A DNA stretch of 64,000 bases from Candidatus Bathyarchaeia archaeon (GCA_049512935.1 JBEKWR010000007.1:41815-105814), one strand, 5' to 3'. Counted from the stretch's first letter, positions 1 to 11,154 are shown. Made by a program: numbers and translations. The notes: generated by a model from the sequence alone, not told the origin.

Positions 1-1591
1 GGGCGTAGTCAAGAAGCGGCGTGGATTTGAAGTGCTTCTTAGCGTAATCTTTCATGATGGCCACCCGCATGTCAGGGTTGTTAATGTTCTTTATCAGGTG
101 CCCGATGCCCTGGATGTTTTCGCCCTTCCTCTTCATCTCCTCAACGAACTGGGCGGGGCTTAATCCCCTGTCGTAGGCGTCGGAGAAACTTTGAGCTGCA
201 CCGTCGATGGCGCCTCCGAACCTTGGGCCGATGGTCAGCAAGCCGCTTGCGACTGAGGACATCAGGTCCTTGCCTGCCCTCGCCGCGACTATGGCGTTGT
301 GAGTGCCCGAAACGGCGGGACCGTGGTCAGCCGTAACCATGATTGCCATCTCGATGAACTTGGTCGCGTACGCTGGAAGCTGGCGCTTGAACCAAAGGAT
401 GCTCAGCACTCCGCCGATTCCTATGTCCTGTTTGAAGACTTCGGATATGGGCATTTTGCCGTAAAGCAGCTCTTCACCGCGGTCGTCGGATATGGTACAG
501 ATGAAGTTGGAGGGTTTTCTGATCAAGCCTTCCTTCAACGCCTTAGCGTAGTCCATGGGAATTCGGGGCACCGGCGGCTCCGGCTTAGGTTTGATGACGC
601 CTTTTCGAACCAGAGTCTCGTACGTTTCCCTTATTTTCTGGTCATAATCATCGTATGAGTTGGGAACTATCGCGCCAGCCTTCTTAAGCGCAGCATTCTT
701 CGCGTCAGCGGTTTCCACGTCGCAACCCGCTTTGGCGCCCGCGTGACCGAACTGAACCTCGGTTTTGAAGACCTTCGTGCAGGTTCCCGTAACCCAAATC
801 ACCAGCGGCTTCGTTATCTTCCCGCTTTTAAGCGCCTCGGCGATCTCGTACTCGCTGCTGCCACCAACTTCTCCCAAGCAAACCAACATCTTGATTTCGG
901 GGATGCCTTCGAACCTGAGAAGGTGATCCAGCAGGGTTGAGCCTGGGTAAGTGTCTCCGCCGATGGCGATGCCCTCGTACAAGCCGTCCGTGTTTCGGGA
1001 GATGATGTTGTACGCCTCGTTGCTTAAGCCGCCCGATTTAGACACGAAACCCACGGAACCTGGTCTGTGAAGTTTGGACTCAACGATGTTTTCAATCGTG
1101 CCTCCAGCGTTGCCGATTTTGAAGCAGCCGGCTTTTACTCCTCCTACGGTTGCGGGACCAATTATGACTTTTCCCAAAGCCTTAGCCTTGGCTGTAAGCA
1201 GCTTCATCCGCCGCTCAGGAACTCCTTCGGCGATTATCACGAATGTGCGTATCTGCGGTATGTTTAGTGCCTCTTCGGTTGACGGTGCAGCGGACCTTAA
1301 TGACGCAAAGTTTATCATCACGTCAACGTTTGGGTGCATCTGCGCAGCCTTTTCGGTGGTTTTGTAAACGGGTATTAGGATCTCGCGTTTGCCGAAAAAG
1401 AACTTCCCGAAGCTGTCCGAGCCTGTAGGGTTGATTATTGCAGCGACCGACGGCGTCGTGCGTCCAGAAGCATAGTCAAAGTCAAGCATCCTCTGTGTTG
1501 CGGCGACCTGGTTGTTGTAAATGAATGATTGAGTGTTCTTGTCGAAGAGCTCGTTCTTGTTGGTTTTCTTGGCTTGTTCGGTCTTTGACAT
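1..1591 (-). CDS. aclA: ATP citrate lyase alpha subunit (runs off window start)
   Basis: Read by hand, not in the ORF track. ATG at 1591 (MSKTEQAKKTNKNELFDKNTQSFIYN); phospho-His motif VQFGHAGA near 735-758; HGPAVSGTHN and GPRFGGAIDGAA of the citryl-CoA lyase domain; directly downstream of aclB. Confidence 0.9.
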   Translation of the reverse strand, partial: MSKTEQAKKTNKNELFDKNTQSFIYNNQVAATQRMLDFDYASGRTTPSVAAIINPTGSDSFGKFFFGKREILIPVYKTTEKAAQMHPNVDVMINFASLRSAAPSTEEALNIPQIRTFVIIAEGVPERRMKLLTAKAKALGKVIIGPATVGGVKAGCFKIGNAGGTIENIVESKLHRPGSVGFVSKSGGLSNEAYNIISRNTDGLYEGIAIGGDTYPGSTLLDHLLRFEGIPEIKMLVCLGEVGGSSEYEIAEALKSGKITKPLVIWVTGTCTKVFKTEVQFGHAGAKAGCDVETADAKNAALKKAGAIVPNSYDDYDQKIRETYETLVRKGVIKPKPEPPVPRIPMDYAKALKEGLIRKPSNFICTISDDRGEELLYGKMPISEVFKQDIGIGGVLSILWFKRQLPAYATKFIEMAIMVTADHGPAVSGTHNAIVAARAGKDLMSSVASGLLTIGPRFGGAIDGAAQSFSDAYDRGLSPAQFVEEMKRKGENIQGIGHLIKNINNPDMRVAIMKDYAKKHFKSTPLLDYA

Positions 1592-1592
1592 T

Positions 1593-2906
1593 TTACTGTG
1601 CTCCCTTCAGCGCCATCGAAACAATCTTGGTCATGTGCGTTTCGGGTCCGTACACTTCGATCGGGACGCCCAATTTCTCGCCAAGCGCCCTCATCTGACT
1701 CAGACCTTCCTGATAGTTGGGTCCGCCTCTGCGCACGTATATCTTAACCTTGTTCTCCTGAAGATTCTTCCGGTACTCTCTTAGCGCTCTGATTATGCCC
1801 TTGAACGTGGACGCGACGTCGGTGAAATTCGCTATTCCTCCGCCTATAAGCAGGAACTTGCCTTTGGGGTTCGCCTTTCTAGTCATGAGGTCAAGTATTG
1901 TTTTGGCGTAGAGGTACGTGAACTCCTCGCTTGGGTCTCCAGAGTATTCGCCGTAGTTAGCCAACTCGCTCATGAAGCCAAGGTCAGTGATTGTGTCGGC
2001 GTAAATGATTGATGCGCCACCGCCCGCAACCATCGTCCAGACTCTTCCCTCAGGGTTAAGAACGGTCAACTTGAGAGAAGCCCCAGTCTTGGAGTCCAAG
2101 TCCTCGACAAAAGCTTCCTCCTTGCATAAAACCCTGCCGAAAGGAGCGGGAAACTCGATTTCGCCCCATTTTTCGCCGCTCTCAAACTCGGCGGTGCTGT
2201 CTAACTTGGCTGCGAGATCCAAGGGGATAATCAAATTACCCTTTACTACAAGCGGGTTAATTTCCAAGTAAGTAAAATTGAGGTCAGCGTAAAACTTGAA
2301 CAACGCCTCGATGAAGCCAGCGATCAACTTCTTGCGTTCGGCGGGAACTTTTTCGAGGAGTTTCTTCTGAATCTCGGCTGATTTCGGGAAGGTGCCTATG
2401 GGTACTTCCAAGCGAGAAGCTTTACTGTCTACGTCGCCAACGTTTACTCCGCCTTCATGGTGGAACATTATGGCGTCGCCGTCTTTGGTGGACATTATGG
2501 CGAGGTAGCATTCGTCCGCGTCGCTGTGGGGTACCATAGGCTCGATGATGAAGTGTGTTAGCTGCCCCACGGTTCCTTTGTCGCAGGGCTTTCCGTCGGC
2601 GTCGAATTGTCCATGGACGGTTATCGGTTTCTTAGATTTCTGTTCTATCCACGCGACGGCTTGGTTGTAGTCTGCGTCGACAAGGATGAGCTTGTTTTTT
2701 CCTCTGCGCTTTATCAGTTGGTCAGGCTTAACGACTAACTTCTCAGTGGTCAACCACTTGTATCTGTTAGGCAGCCAAGCCATGTCGGTGTCTGGATCGA
2801 CCGAGACGATCTTGTCCGAAACCTCGTACTTCCCTTCAGAGTACTCCTTAAGCAGGCGGGCAAGCATGCGCTTCCCGTCGGCCTCTCTGATAGCCTTATG
2901 AGCCAT
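1593..2906 (-). CDS. aclB: ATP citrate lyase beta subunit
   Basis: MAHKAIREADGK start; KPDQLIKRRGK; TMVAGGGASIIYADT; ANYGEYSGDP; GGGIANFTDVASTF; RRGGPNYQEGL. Confidence 0.93.
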   Translation of the reverse strand: MAHKAIREADGKRMLARLLKEYSEGKYEVSDKIVSVDPDTDMAWLPNRYKWLTTEKLVVKPDQLIKRRGKNKLILVDADYNQAVAWIEQKSKKPITVHGQFDADGKPCDKGTVGQLTHFIIEPMVPHSDADECYLAIMSTKDGDAIMFHHEGGVNVGDVDSKASRLEVPIGTFPKSAEIQKKLLEKVPAERKKLIAGFIEALFKFYADLNFTYLEINPLVVKGNLIIPLDLAAKLDSTAEFESGEKWGEIEFPAPFGRVLCKEEAFVEDLDSKTGASLKLTVLNPEGRVWTMVAGGGASIIYADTITDLGFMSELANYGEYSGDPSEEFTYLYAKTILDLMTRKANPKGKFLLIGGGIANFTDVASTFKGIIRALREYRKNLQENKVKIYVRRGGPNYQEGLSQMRALGEKLGVPIEVYGPETHMTKIVSMALKGAQ

Positions 2907-2918
2907 CCATATCCTCCT

Positions 2919-4136
2919 TTAGTCAAGCTTCCTCCTGAGCCTTTCTACAACCTCGGCAATAAACTCCTCGGTGTAAACCTGCCTGTTCTTCGGGTCGGGC
3001 GTGGCAACCAGCATCAAATCGCCAGTCATGATGCCGCTTTCAACGGTTTCAAGGGCGGCTTGCTCCAGCTTCTTCGCGAATTCCACGACTTCCGGCGTGT
3101 TGTCCAGTTCGCCTCTCTTTTTAAGGCAGCCTGTCCAAGCGAATATCAGCGCCATGGAGTTGCTTGAGGTTTTTTCGCCTTTGAGGTGTTTGTAGTAGTG
3201 CTTCTGCACGGTGCCATGGGAGGCTTCAAACTCGTAAAAGCCCTGCGGGCTGACAAGCACGGAAGTCATCATCGCCAAGCTACCGTACGCTGAACCGAGC
3301 ATGTCGCTCATGACGTCGCCGTCGTAGTTTTTGCAAGCCCAGAGCAACCCGCCCTCAGTCTTCATTACCCTGGCAACCGCGTCGTCGATCAGAGTAAAGA
3401 AGTATTCGAGCCCTGCCTGCTTGAATTTGGCAACCCAGTTTTTCTGAAACTCCTGCTCGAATATGATGCGGAACTGCCCGTCGTAAGTTTTGGAAATCGT
3501 GTCTTTTGCGCCGAACCACAAATGAAGCTTCTGATCGTATGCGTACGTGAAGCATGCCTTGGCGAAGCTCTCGATGGACTTGTCGGTGTTGTGAATGCCC
3601 TGAATGACGCCTGGCCCCTTGAAGTCCTGAATGGTACCGCGGAACAGCTCCTTACCCGCCGAGCTTGTGTAGACCAGTTCAGCTTTGCCTGATTCTGGAA
3701 CCCGAAACTCGCAGTTCTTGTAAACGTCACCGTACGCGTGCCTTCCGATGTGGATAGGTTTCTTCCAAGACCTGACCGCTGGCGGAATGTTCTTGACGAG
3801 AATCGGCGCGCGGAAAACGGTCCCGTCCAACGCGGCTCTTATGGTGCCGTTTGGGCTGCTCCATTCTTTCTTGAGGTTGTACTCTTTAACGCGTTCCTTG
3901 TTCGGGGTGATGGTGGCGCATTTCACTCCTACGCCGTGTTTCTTTATGGCTTCTGCCGCTTCGAGAGTTATTTTGTCCTCGGTCTCGTCTCGCTTCTTTA
4001 GCTGCAGGTCATAGTACTCAACGGGCATGTCCAGGTACGGGAGAAGAAGCTGTTCTTTAACCATGTGCCACATGATCCGGGTCATTTCGTCCCCGTCTAT
4101 CTCAACGATCGGCGTTTTCACTTTTATCTTGTCCAT
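2919..4136 (-). CDS. icd: NADP-dependent isocitrate dehydrogenase (type II, eukaryote-like)
   Basis: [47 protein letters not shown]; ATG 4136 preferred, GTG 4151 possible. Confidence 0.93.
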   Translation of the reverse strand: MDKIKVKTPIVEIDGDEMTRIMWHMVKEQLLLPYLDMPVEYYDLQLKKRDETEDKITLEAAEAIKKHGVGVKCATITPNKERVKEYNLKKEWSSPNGTIRAALDGTVFRAPILVKNIPPAVRSWKKPIHIGRHAYGDVYKNCEFRVPESGKAELVYTSSAGKELFRGTIQDFKGPGVIQGIHNTDKSIESFAKACFTYAYDQKLHLWFGAKDTISKTYDGQFRIIFEQEFQKNWVAKFKQAGLEYFFTLIDDAVARVMKTEGGLLWACKNYDGDVMSDMLGSAYGSLAMMTSVLVSPQGFYEFEASHGTVQKHYYKHLKGEKTSSNSMALIFAWTGCLKKRGELDNTPEVVEFAKKLEQAALETVESGIMTGDLMLVATPDPKNRQVYTEEFIAEVVERLRRKLD

Positions 4137-4147
4137 TTCATTCGCCC

Positions 4148-6079
4148 TCACTTAACTGTGTACGAGAGCAAGCCGCCCTCGTAGAGAATGTCCTTTTGCC
4201 TCTGCGAAAGGCTGTATCCAAGCTCGATTTTCAGGTTCTTGGTCTTGTCCACCAAGATGACTGGCTCGTTGTTCTGCAGTTTCTTCTTGATGTCTGGAAT
4301 TTCAATCTCGTCACCCTGATCTATCTTGTCGTAGTCAGCCGCGTTCTTGAACGACAGCGAAATGATGCCGAAGTTTACAAGGTTAGCCGCGTGGATCCGC
4401 TCAACCGACTTGGCGACGATTGCTTTGACGCCGAGATACATTGGGCAAAGTGCGGCGTGCTCTCTGGAGCTTCCTTGACCGTACGATTCCCCCGCAACTA
4501 TGACGGTGGCAAGTCCTTTCTGCTTGTCCGCCATAGCCCTCTTGGGGAACGCTGGGTCAATCGGCTCGAAGACGAATTCGCTGTACTTGGGCACGTTGGA
4601 TCTGTACTTGAGCCTAGCGCCCGCCGGCATTATGTGGTCCGTGGTGATTTTGTCGCCCACCTTTATTCCTACGTGTCCTTTGATGTTGTCAGGCATCTTG
4701 TCGTTGACTGGAGGAGTTCCGATGTTTGGTCCCCTGACCACCTCAACGTTCTTGTCAGCGTCCTTCGGGAAGATGAACATGGAGTCATCGACCAGGAACT
4801 TCGTTGGCATGCTGACTTTCGGGTAAGCCATGCCTGTCGTTCGGGGGTCAGTGAACTTGCCTGCGATCGCCGACACAGCTGCAACCTCTGGGCTTACAAG
4901 GTAGACCTGAGCATCCGCAGTGCCGCTTCTTCCTTCAAAGTTTCTGTTGCTTGTCCTAAGTGAAACCGCCATTGTTTTTGGGCTTTGGCTGTTGCCGATG
5001 CAGAAACCGCATGCCGCCTCCTGCAATCTGGCACCTGCGCCCAGCAGGTCGCTCAGGTAGCCGTCTCTTGCCGCCATCTGAAGGACTTGTCGTGAACCTG
5101 GCGCAACTCCGAACGAGACGTCAGGATGGACTTTCTTGCCCTTCATGATTTTGGCTACTGTGGCTATTTCTTTGTACGAAGAGTTAGTGCATGATCCTAC
5201 CATCACCTGATCAACCTTTACGTCTTTGAGGTCGCGGACGCGCACAATGTTGCCCGGGCTGTGAGGTGCCGCGGCAAGAGGCTCCAGCGCGCTGAGATCT
5301 AAATCTACAACCCTGTCGTACTCAGCGTCATCATCGGCGCTCAGCTCAACCCAGTCTGCTTCCCTTCCCTGCGCCTTAAGGAACCTCTTTGTTTCCTCGT
5401 CTGACGGAAAAATCGAGGTTGTGACGCCCATTTCAGCGCCCATGTTTGCGATTGTGGCTCTTTCAGGAACCGTAAGGGTCTTCACGCCGGGTCCAGCGTA
5501 CTCCATGACGACGTCAACGTTGCCCTTCGTCGAGAAAATCTCCAGCATCTTCAGAACCACGTCTTTAGCGGTTACCCAAGGCTGAAGGCTGCCCTTCAAG
5601 TTTATCTTGTACACTTTTGGGCAATTCAAGTAGAATTCGCCGCCGCCCATAGCTACCGCGACGTCGAGTCCGCCTGCGCCGATGGCTATCATCCCGATGC
5701 CTCCTCCCGTTGTCGTGTGACTGTCGGAGCCTAGAAGGGTCTTTCCAGGCTTGCCGAACCGCTCCAAGTGAACTTGGTGGCATATGCCGTTTCCAGCTTT
5801 TGAGTAAATGATGCCGTACTTGGCGGCTACTGTTTGCAGGTACTTGTGGTCGTCAGCGTTTTCGAAACCGACTTGGACGGTGTTGTGGTCTACGTAGCTT
5901 ACGGAAAGCTCGGTTTTCACCTGTTTTAGACCCATAGCCTCGAACTGCAAATACGCCATCGTTCCCGTGGCGTCCTGAGTTAGGGTTTGGTCGATCCTTA
6001 TGCCTATTTCTTTTCCAAGGACGTAATCGCCGACTACGAGATGCTTTTCAATTATTTTTCGAGTAAGGGATTTGCCCAT
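4148..6079 (-). CDS. acn: Aconitate hydratase
   Basis: [53 protein letters not shown]; likely start MGKSLTRK at 6079. Confidence 0.92.
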   Translation of the reverse strand: MGKSLTRKIIEKHLVVGDYVLGKEIGIRIDQTLTQDATGTMAYLQFEAMGLKQVKTELSVSYVDHNTVQVGFENADDHKYLQTVAAKYGIIYSKAGNGICHQVHLERFGKPGKTLLGSDSHTTTGGGIGMIAIGAGGLDVAVAMGGGEFYLNCPKVYKINLKGSLQPWVTAKDVVLKMLEIFSTKGNVDVVMEYAGPGVKTLTVPERATIANMGAEMGVTTSIFPSDEETKRFLKAQGREADWVELSADDDAEYDRVVDLDLSALEPLAAAPHSPGNIVRVRDLKDVKVDQVMVGSCTNSSYKEIATVAKIMKGKKVHPDVSFGVAPGSRQVLQMAARDGYLSDLLGAGARLQEAACGFCIGNSQSPKTMAVSLRTSNRNFEGRSGTADAQVYLVSPEVAAVSAIAGKFTDPRTTGMAYPKVSMPTKFLVDDSMFIFPKDADKNVEVVRGPNIGTPPVNDKMPDNIKGHVGIKVGDKITTDHIMPAGARLKYRSNVPKYSEFVFEPIDPAFPKRAMADKQKGLATVIVAGESYGQGSSREHAALCPMYLGVKAIVAKSVERIHAANLVNFGIISLSFKNAADYDKIDQGDEIEIPDIKKKLQNNEPVILVDKTKNLKIELGYSLSQRQKDILYEGGLLSYTVK

Positions 6080-6374
6080 AAGTGTCTCATCCTTTGGAAA
6101 GGTTTGTTTTTCTTTTGTGTATATAAAGGTTGTCAATTTATGGGCGATAAGCATTTTCTCGTTTACTTAAACCGACTTTAATCTAAATATTGCGACTCAA
6201 AAAAGGATTTAAACCAAAAAATACGCGGGCTTTTCAATACCACGCCCAGATCCGTCTCGAAAGTTTCTTCGACGCCGTTTTAGTGCATTACTAATCAGCG
6301 GTATCCCACATTGAGGCGTAGCAAAAACTAAATGCTAAGGATGCAATTACTTCAAACATGTTTGGGTGTATTCA

Positions 6375-7553
6375 ATGAAAGTGTTGCTGAACGACGGAAT
6401 GGACGAGGAAGGAGTAAAACTATTCGAAAACGCGGGAATAGAAGTAGACAAGCGCAAGCGAGATCCCCAGGCTCTCGTTGAGCAGGCAGGAGAATTCGAC
6501 GCCTTAGTCGTGCGGAGCGCCACCAAGATTACAAGAGAGATGATCGAGGCGGGAAGCAGAGGCAAGCTGAAAGTCATCGGCAGAGCAGGCGTCGGCACCG
6601 ACAACATAGACGTCAAGTCCGCGACGGAATACGGGGTGATTGTTAAGTCGGCGCCGTTTGGAAACACGAACGCCACGGCAGAACTGGCACTCGCGTTGAT
6701 GCTAGATGTTTCAAGGAGGGTTCCTCAGGGGCACTATTCCTTGAAGAGAGGCGTCTGGCGGAAGAAGTGCTTCGAGGGAACGGAACTTTCAGGCAAGACC
6801 TTGGGAATTATAGGATGCGGACGGATCGGACAGAAACTAAGCGAACTTGTCGTCGGGTTCAGCATGGAAACATTGGGTTACGATCCGATTGTAAAGTCGA
6901 GTTCTAGGATAAAATTCGTGTCAAAAGAAGAAGTTCTGACAAAGGCTGATTACGTCAGCATTCATGTGAGCGGAAACGAAAACGTGATCGGGGAAAAAGA
7001 GTTGATGATGATGAAGCCGTCGGCGTACTTAGTTAACACCTCTCGAGGGCGCAACGTCGACGCGAAGGCACTGTACAAGGCGCTCAAGGAAGGCAGGATA
7101 GCGGGGGCAGCGCTGGACGTTTTTGAAGACGAACCCGCGCAGGAAGACTCCGAGTTCAAAAGCATGCTGCGCCAGCTGGACAACATCGTTTTTACCCCTC
7201 ATCTGGGAGCGTCCACGGTTGAGGCTCAGAGGAAAACGTCGGTGGAAATGGCGCGGGTCATAATTGATTATCTGTTGCATGGTGATTTTTCGAACGCGGT
7301 GAACGTGGGCGAAAGCATAGAGTTGGAGCAAAAACCCTTCTATCCCCTGTTTGTTTACCACGCTGACAAGCCGGGCATGTTTGCCAAGATAGACAAGGTT
7401 CTGGCTGATTTCGGCGTAAACATAAGGGAGAATCCGTCTAGGCAAATTGGGGTGGGCTGCGCCATCGCCGTGTACCTTGTGCATCAGAGAGTTGGGCAAG
7501 ACGTGATAGACGAGTTGAACAAGCTTGAAGGAGTTATCAGAGCCATAGCATGA
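6375..7553 (+). CDS. serA: D-3-phosphoglycerate dehydrogenase (D-2-hydroxyacid dehydrogenase) with C-terminal ACT domain
   Basis: RAGVGTDNID, GIIGCGRIG, TPHLGASTVEAQ, ACT-like HADKPGMFAKI. Confidence 0.82.
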   Translation: MKVLLNDGMDEEGVKLFENAGIEVDKRKRDPQALVEQAGEFDALVVRSATKITREMIEAGSRGKLKVIGRAGVGTDNIDVKSATEYGVIVKSAPFGNTNATAELALALMLDVSRRVPQGHYSLKRGVWRKKCFEGTELSGKTLGIIGCGRIGQKLSELVVGFSMETLGYDPIVKSSSRIKFVSKEEVLTKADYVSIHVSGNENVIGEKELMMMKPSAYLVNTSRGRNVDAKALYKALKEGRIAGAALDVFEDEPAQEDSEFKSMLRQLDNIVFTPHLGASTVEAQRKTSVEMARVIIDYLLHGDFSNAVNVGESIELEQKPFYPLFVYHADKPGMFAKIDKVLADFGVNIRENPSRQIGVGCAIAVYLVHQRVGQDVIDELNKLEGVIRAIA

Positions 7554-8139
7554 GCGCAACCGACCTTTCTTAACTGGTAAGCAACAGGGGTAAATGCGGA
7601 GGGGGCGGTTATCGCTCCGCACGTTTGCCCTAAAGAACTGTTTAAAATTCTGACATTTTTTGTTGTCGGCTTCAAGATACCACAAAAGAATATTAACAAT
7701 TCTGAGAGTAGATTTTGTTAGTTGTCCATAAAACCAGTAACCGTTCTTATGCTTAATTTTAGACTTTGAGTTTGCTGGCTTGGTGGCGTTAGCCTTGAGT
7801 CAGATCAAAATTTTTGTAAAACAAACCTTCGGCAACGTTGATTCAATCATATTCGATGCGGCGTTAACCCTTAACGCCATTGAAACTGCGTACAAACTGA
7901 AGGAGTACGTAAGCTGAGGCAAGCGGCAAAAATAATGAGTTCACCGCTGGAACGCCGAGAAGTTCCAAACCTCTTCTCTTTTGTTGGTTATCTTCTTTCA
8001 AGTAATTGTTTTAAACTGTGCACGCGATAAATGGCGAATCGCTGAGTTGAAGCGCAAAGTACCTCATAAACTGCAAGATAGAAAACTGTTCAAGACCTGA
8101 TTGCGCCTCTGAGTTGCTAAACATTTTTAAGCAATGTTT

Positions 8140-8171
8140 GATATCGGTATTTCGATATCGATTAGGCGATA
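8140..8171 (+). promoter_or_regulatory. Probable PadR operator (overlapping TATCG-N6-CGATA inverted repeats)
   Basis: GATATCGgtatttCGATATCGattaggCGATA lies between a TTTTTAA box (8124-8130) and the padR ATG. Confidence 0.6.
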
Positions 8172-8174
8172 CGT

Positions 8175-8606
8175 ATGTGGGGTCACGAGCACAAATGGAA
8201 ATATTTCAGAAAAGGAGGACTCAGAATGTGGGTGCTCTCCGTGCTTCAACAGTCACCTAGAAACGGGGCTGAAATAATGGATCAGATCGAACTCGCAACA
8301 CAAGGTTGGTGGAGACCATCCCCAGGCTCAGTCTATCCTACTCTTGAAGAGCTGCAGAAAGAGGGAAACATCAAAAAACTGGAAGACGGCAAGTACGAGA
8401 TCACTGACAGAGGCAAGCAGGAATTCGATTGGCCTTGGGGCGTGCAGAAAAAGCAGCCACACACCATGGAAGAAGTTTTGACGGAGATTAATGGTTACGT
8501 GTCGTATCTGGAAGACCTCGCTAAAGCCGACAACTCTAAAATTGCCCAGCACTCACAGAGCATAAAGGACTTGCAGTTGAGACTTTCAAAATTGGGAGAG
8601 CCGTGA
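8175..8606 (+). CDS. PadR-family transcriptional regulator
   Basis: GLRMWVLSVL..NGAEIMDQI..WRPSPGSVYPTL..YEITDRG. Confidence 0.9.
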   Translation: MWGHEHKWKYFRKGGLRMWVLSVLQQSPRNGAEIMDQIELATQGWWRPSPGSVYPTLEELQKEGNIKKLEDGKYEITDRGKQEFDWPWGVQKKQPHTMEEVLTEINGYVSYLEDLAKADNSKIAQHSQSIKDLQLRLSKLGEP

Positions 8607-9640
8607 TTCATATGTCTGCAACCCAAGCGGGAACATCCGCGTCATCGCCGATCGTAAAGGTTGAAAAATTTTCAAAAACCTTCGGCACCCTGAAAGCCGT
8701 TGACGGCATCAGCTTTGAAATTGAAGAGGGCGAAATCTTCGGCTTGCTGGGACCCAACGGAGCGGGGAAAACAACCACTATAAACATGCTTACGACCCTG
8801 CTTAAGCCGACTTCTGGAAACGCGCAGGTTTGCGGCTACAACATATTCAAGCAGGCAAATGAGGTGCGAAGAAATGTCGGCGTTGTGCCGCAAGAGTACA
8901 CAGCCGACGAAGACATGACAGGAATTAACAACATCCTTCTCTGCGCCGACCTCTACGGCATACCCAGAAGCGATTCAAAACCACACGCACAAGAACTCCT
9001 GAAACTAGTAGAACTTCAAGACGCTGCAAACAAAAAGGTCAGCACATACTCGGGAGGAATGCGCAGGAGGCTTGAGCTCGCCTGTGGCTTGATCAATTAC
9101 CCGAAACTACTGTTCTTGGACGAACCGACACTTGGCCTTGACGTTCAAACACGCACCGCAGTTTGGAAATACATAAAAACGCTGAAAGAGGAGTACCGCA
9201 TGACGCTTTTGATGACAACTCACTATCTCGAAGAGGCTGACTCACTTTGCGATAGAGTAGCCATAATCGATCACGGGCACATCATAAAAATTGGCTCGCC
9301 TGAAGAGCTGAAGGAAAGCATCGGCGGCGACGTAATTGTTATAGAAGTCAAGGAACAGGAGCCAGACATTTCATCTGTTATCTCCCAATTAAAGCTGGTA
9401 AAGGACGTTAAGAAAAACAATAACGCGTACCGCATAAAAGTGGAGCTAGGGGAGGAAGCCGTGCCACAGATCATTGATGTAATTCGGTCCAAGGGGCTTC
9501 ACGTAACGAAAGTCTCGTTGACAAAGCCGACATTGGACGAGGTGTACCTAGAATTAACGGGGCGAACCCTAAGGGAAGAAGAAGTTGACAAGCTTTCGAT
9601 GTTCCGTCAACGGGTAACTATGAGGAGAGCAAGATCATAA
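8603..9640 (+). CDS. ABC exporter ATP-binding protein (DrrA-like)
   Basis: GPNGAGKTT, YSGGMRRR, LFLDEPT, TTHYLEEA. Confidence 0.92.
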   Translation: MIHMSATQAGTSASSPIVKVEKFSKTFGTLKAVDGISFEIEEGEIFGLLGPNGAGKTTTINMLTTLLKPTSGNAQVCGYNIFKQANEVRRNVGVVPQEYTADEDMTGINNILLCADLYGIPRSDSKPHAQELLKLVELQDAANKKVSTYSGGMRRRLELACGLINYPKLLFLDEPTLGLDVQTRTAVWKYIKTLKEEYRMTLLMTTHYLEEADSLCDRVAIIDHGHIIKIGSPEELKESIGGDVIVIEVKEQEPDISSVISQLKLVKDVKKNNNAYRIKVELGEEAVPQIIDVIRSKGLHVTKVSLTKPTLDEVYLELTGRTLREEEVDKLSMFRQRVTMRRARS

Positions 9641-9650
9641 AGGTGAGATT

Positions 9651-10592
9651 ATGGACAAAGACGCGAAAGACACCAAAATCAAAGCTTCAAAAGACCCCGA
9701 AGACCAAACCAAAACAACCGAACAAGTTCTCGCGGAGGAGGAACAAAGATTTAGGGAAGCTCCCAAGCTCAGCAGAAGTCCCTTTCACGGTTTATGGGCG
9801 CTGACAAACAGAGACCTCCGAAAGTGGTACACTAACCCAATACAACTCTTTATTTCACTAATTCAACCAATTATCTGGCTTGGCCTTTTCGGCAAAGCCC
9901 TGAACTTTGGATCCTTCATCGCCGGGTCAGGAGCCTCCGTAGCGCAACAGGACATAATTTTGAAGAACTTTTTCGGAACAACAAGCTACTTCTCATTCTT
10001 GTCATGCGGAATGCTTGCTTTCATCGTCCTATTCACTTCAGCGTTCAGCGGAATGTCAGTAGTCTTCGACCGTAGATTCGGTTTCCTAAACAAAGCTCTG
10101 AGCACACCAGTTGCACGCGGATCAATTGTGATGGGCAAAATCCTAAATAGTGTTGGTAGATCTCTGATACAAGCAGCCATAGTTCTGGTGGTTGCAGTAG
10201 CTCTCGGGATGGATGCGTCACATTTCACCGTTCAAGGAATCGCTGCTGCATTCCTCCTGATCTTCCTTATGGCCGTCGGGTTATCTGCATTGTTCACGAT
10301 GCTCGCACTAAGATCAGCCGATTGGCAAACACAAATGGCAATCATAAACCTACTAAACCTCCCACTACTATTCGCAAGTAACGCATTGTTTCCAGTAAAA
10401 ATAATGCCAGCTTGGCTTCAAGACGTCGTAAAAGTTAACCCTGTAAGCTACGCAGTCGACGGAATAAGACAGGTGTTGATTGGAGCGACAGGCATGAATA
10501 GTCTATGGCTTGACTTCGCGGTTGTGATAGGATTCGCGGTAATATTATCTGCAATCGGAATTGTTCTCTCTTGGAGATTCCTATCGAAATAA
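9651..10592 (+). CDS. ABC-2 type permease (DrrB-like)
   Basis: About six hydrophobic segments; DRRFGFL, NPVSYAVDGIR; operonic with the ATPase. Confidence 0.9.
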   Translation: MDKDAKDTKIKASKDPEDQTKTTEQVLAEEEQRFREAPKLSRSPFHGLWALTNRDLRKWYTNPIQLFISLIQPIIWLGLFGKALNFGSFIAGSGASVAQQDIILKNFFGTTSYFSFLSCGMLAFIVLFTSAFSGMSVVFDRRFGFLNKALSTPVARGSIVMGKILNSVGRSLIQAAIVLVVAVALGMDASHFTVQGIAAAFLLIFLMAVGLSALFTMLALRSADWQTQMAIINLLNLPLLFASNALFPVKIMPAWLQDVVKVNPVSYAVDGIRQVLIGATGMNSLWLDFAVVIGFAVILSAIGIVLSWRFLSK

Positions 10593-10614
10593 AAGCCTAA
10601 AAGAAGTAGAAAAC

Positions 10615-11154
10615 ATGGGGTGGAATTCAGAAGAAAAAAACAATTCAATTTGGATAAGCCGAGAGTTTTCAAAATGCAGCGGCTGCCGCAAATGCGAAAT
10701 CGCCTGCTCTTTGCAAAAAGAAAACAAAATTTGGCCTGAAGCGTCAAGGGTCCGCGTTTTCATGCTGGTGCCAGGCGCGGAGTTTCCTCATCTTTGCACT
10801 CAATGTGAGGATTATCCATGCGTTGGAGCCTGCCCGTTTAAGGCTCTTGGCGTGAACAAGGATACCAGCGCCGTCACGATTGATGTGGACAAATGCACAG
10901 GCTGCGGAAAATGCATTGATGCTTGCCCCGGAAAAGTTCCTCATATTCACCCTCAAACCAAGAAAATTTTGATTTGCGACCTCTGCGGCGGCGACCCGAA
11001 GTGCGCCAAGGTTTGCCAAGAAGGCGGCTGGAACTGCCTAAGAGTGGTCAAGAGGGGAGATAACGAGTTCAAGCTCTATTCCCGAACCCCAGAGGAAACT
11101 TCCAGAAACCTTGCAATAAAAATGTATGGTGAGAAAGCGGAGGAACTTATGTAA
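10615..11154 (+). CDS. 4Fe-4S dicluster (DmsB-like) protein, AOR partner
   Basis: Four Cys clusters: CSGCRKCEIAC, CTQCEDYPCVGAC, CTGCGKCIDAC, CDLCGGDPKCAKVC; ATG at 10615. Confidence 0.88.
   Translation: MGWNSEEKNNSIWISREFSKCSGCRKCEIACSLQKENKIWPEASRVRVFMLVPGAEFPHLCTQCEDYPCVGACPFKALGVNKDTSAVTIDVDKCTGCGKCIDACPGKVPHIHPQTKKILICDLCGGDPKCAKVCQEGGWNCLRVVKRGDNEFKLYSRTPEETSRNLAIKMYGEKAEELM

Noticed and set aside
299-2901. Plus-strand ORFs over acl genes (and similar shadow ORFs throughout the window)
   Set aside because: Antisense or alternate-frame shadows of well-supported genes, with no recognisable motifs.
7780-7917. Short open frame ending ..AYKLKEYVS
   Set aside because: No clear start or SD and no recognisable family; at most a gene remnant.
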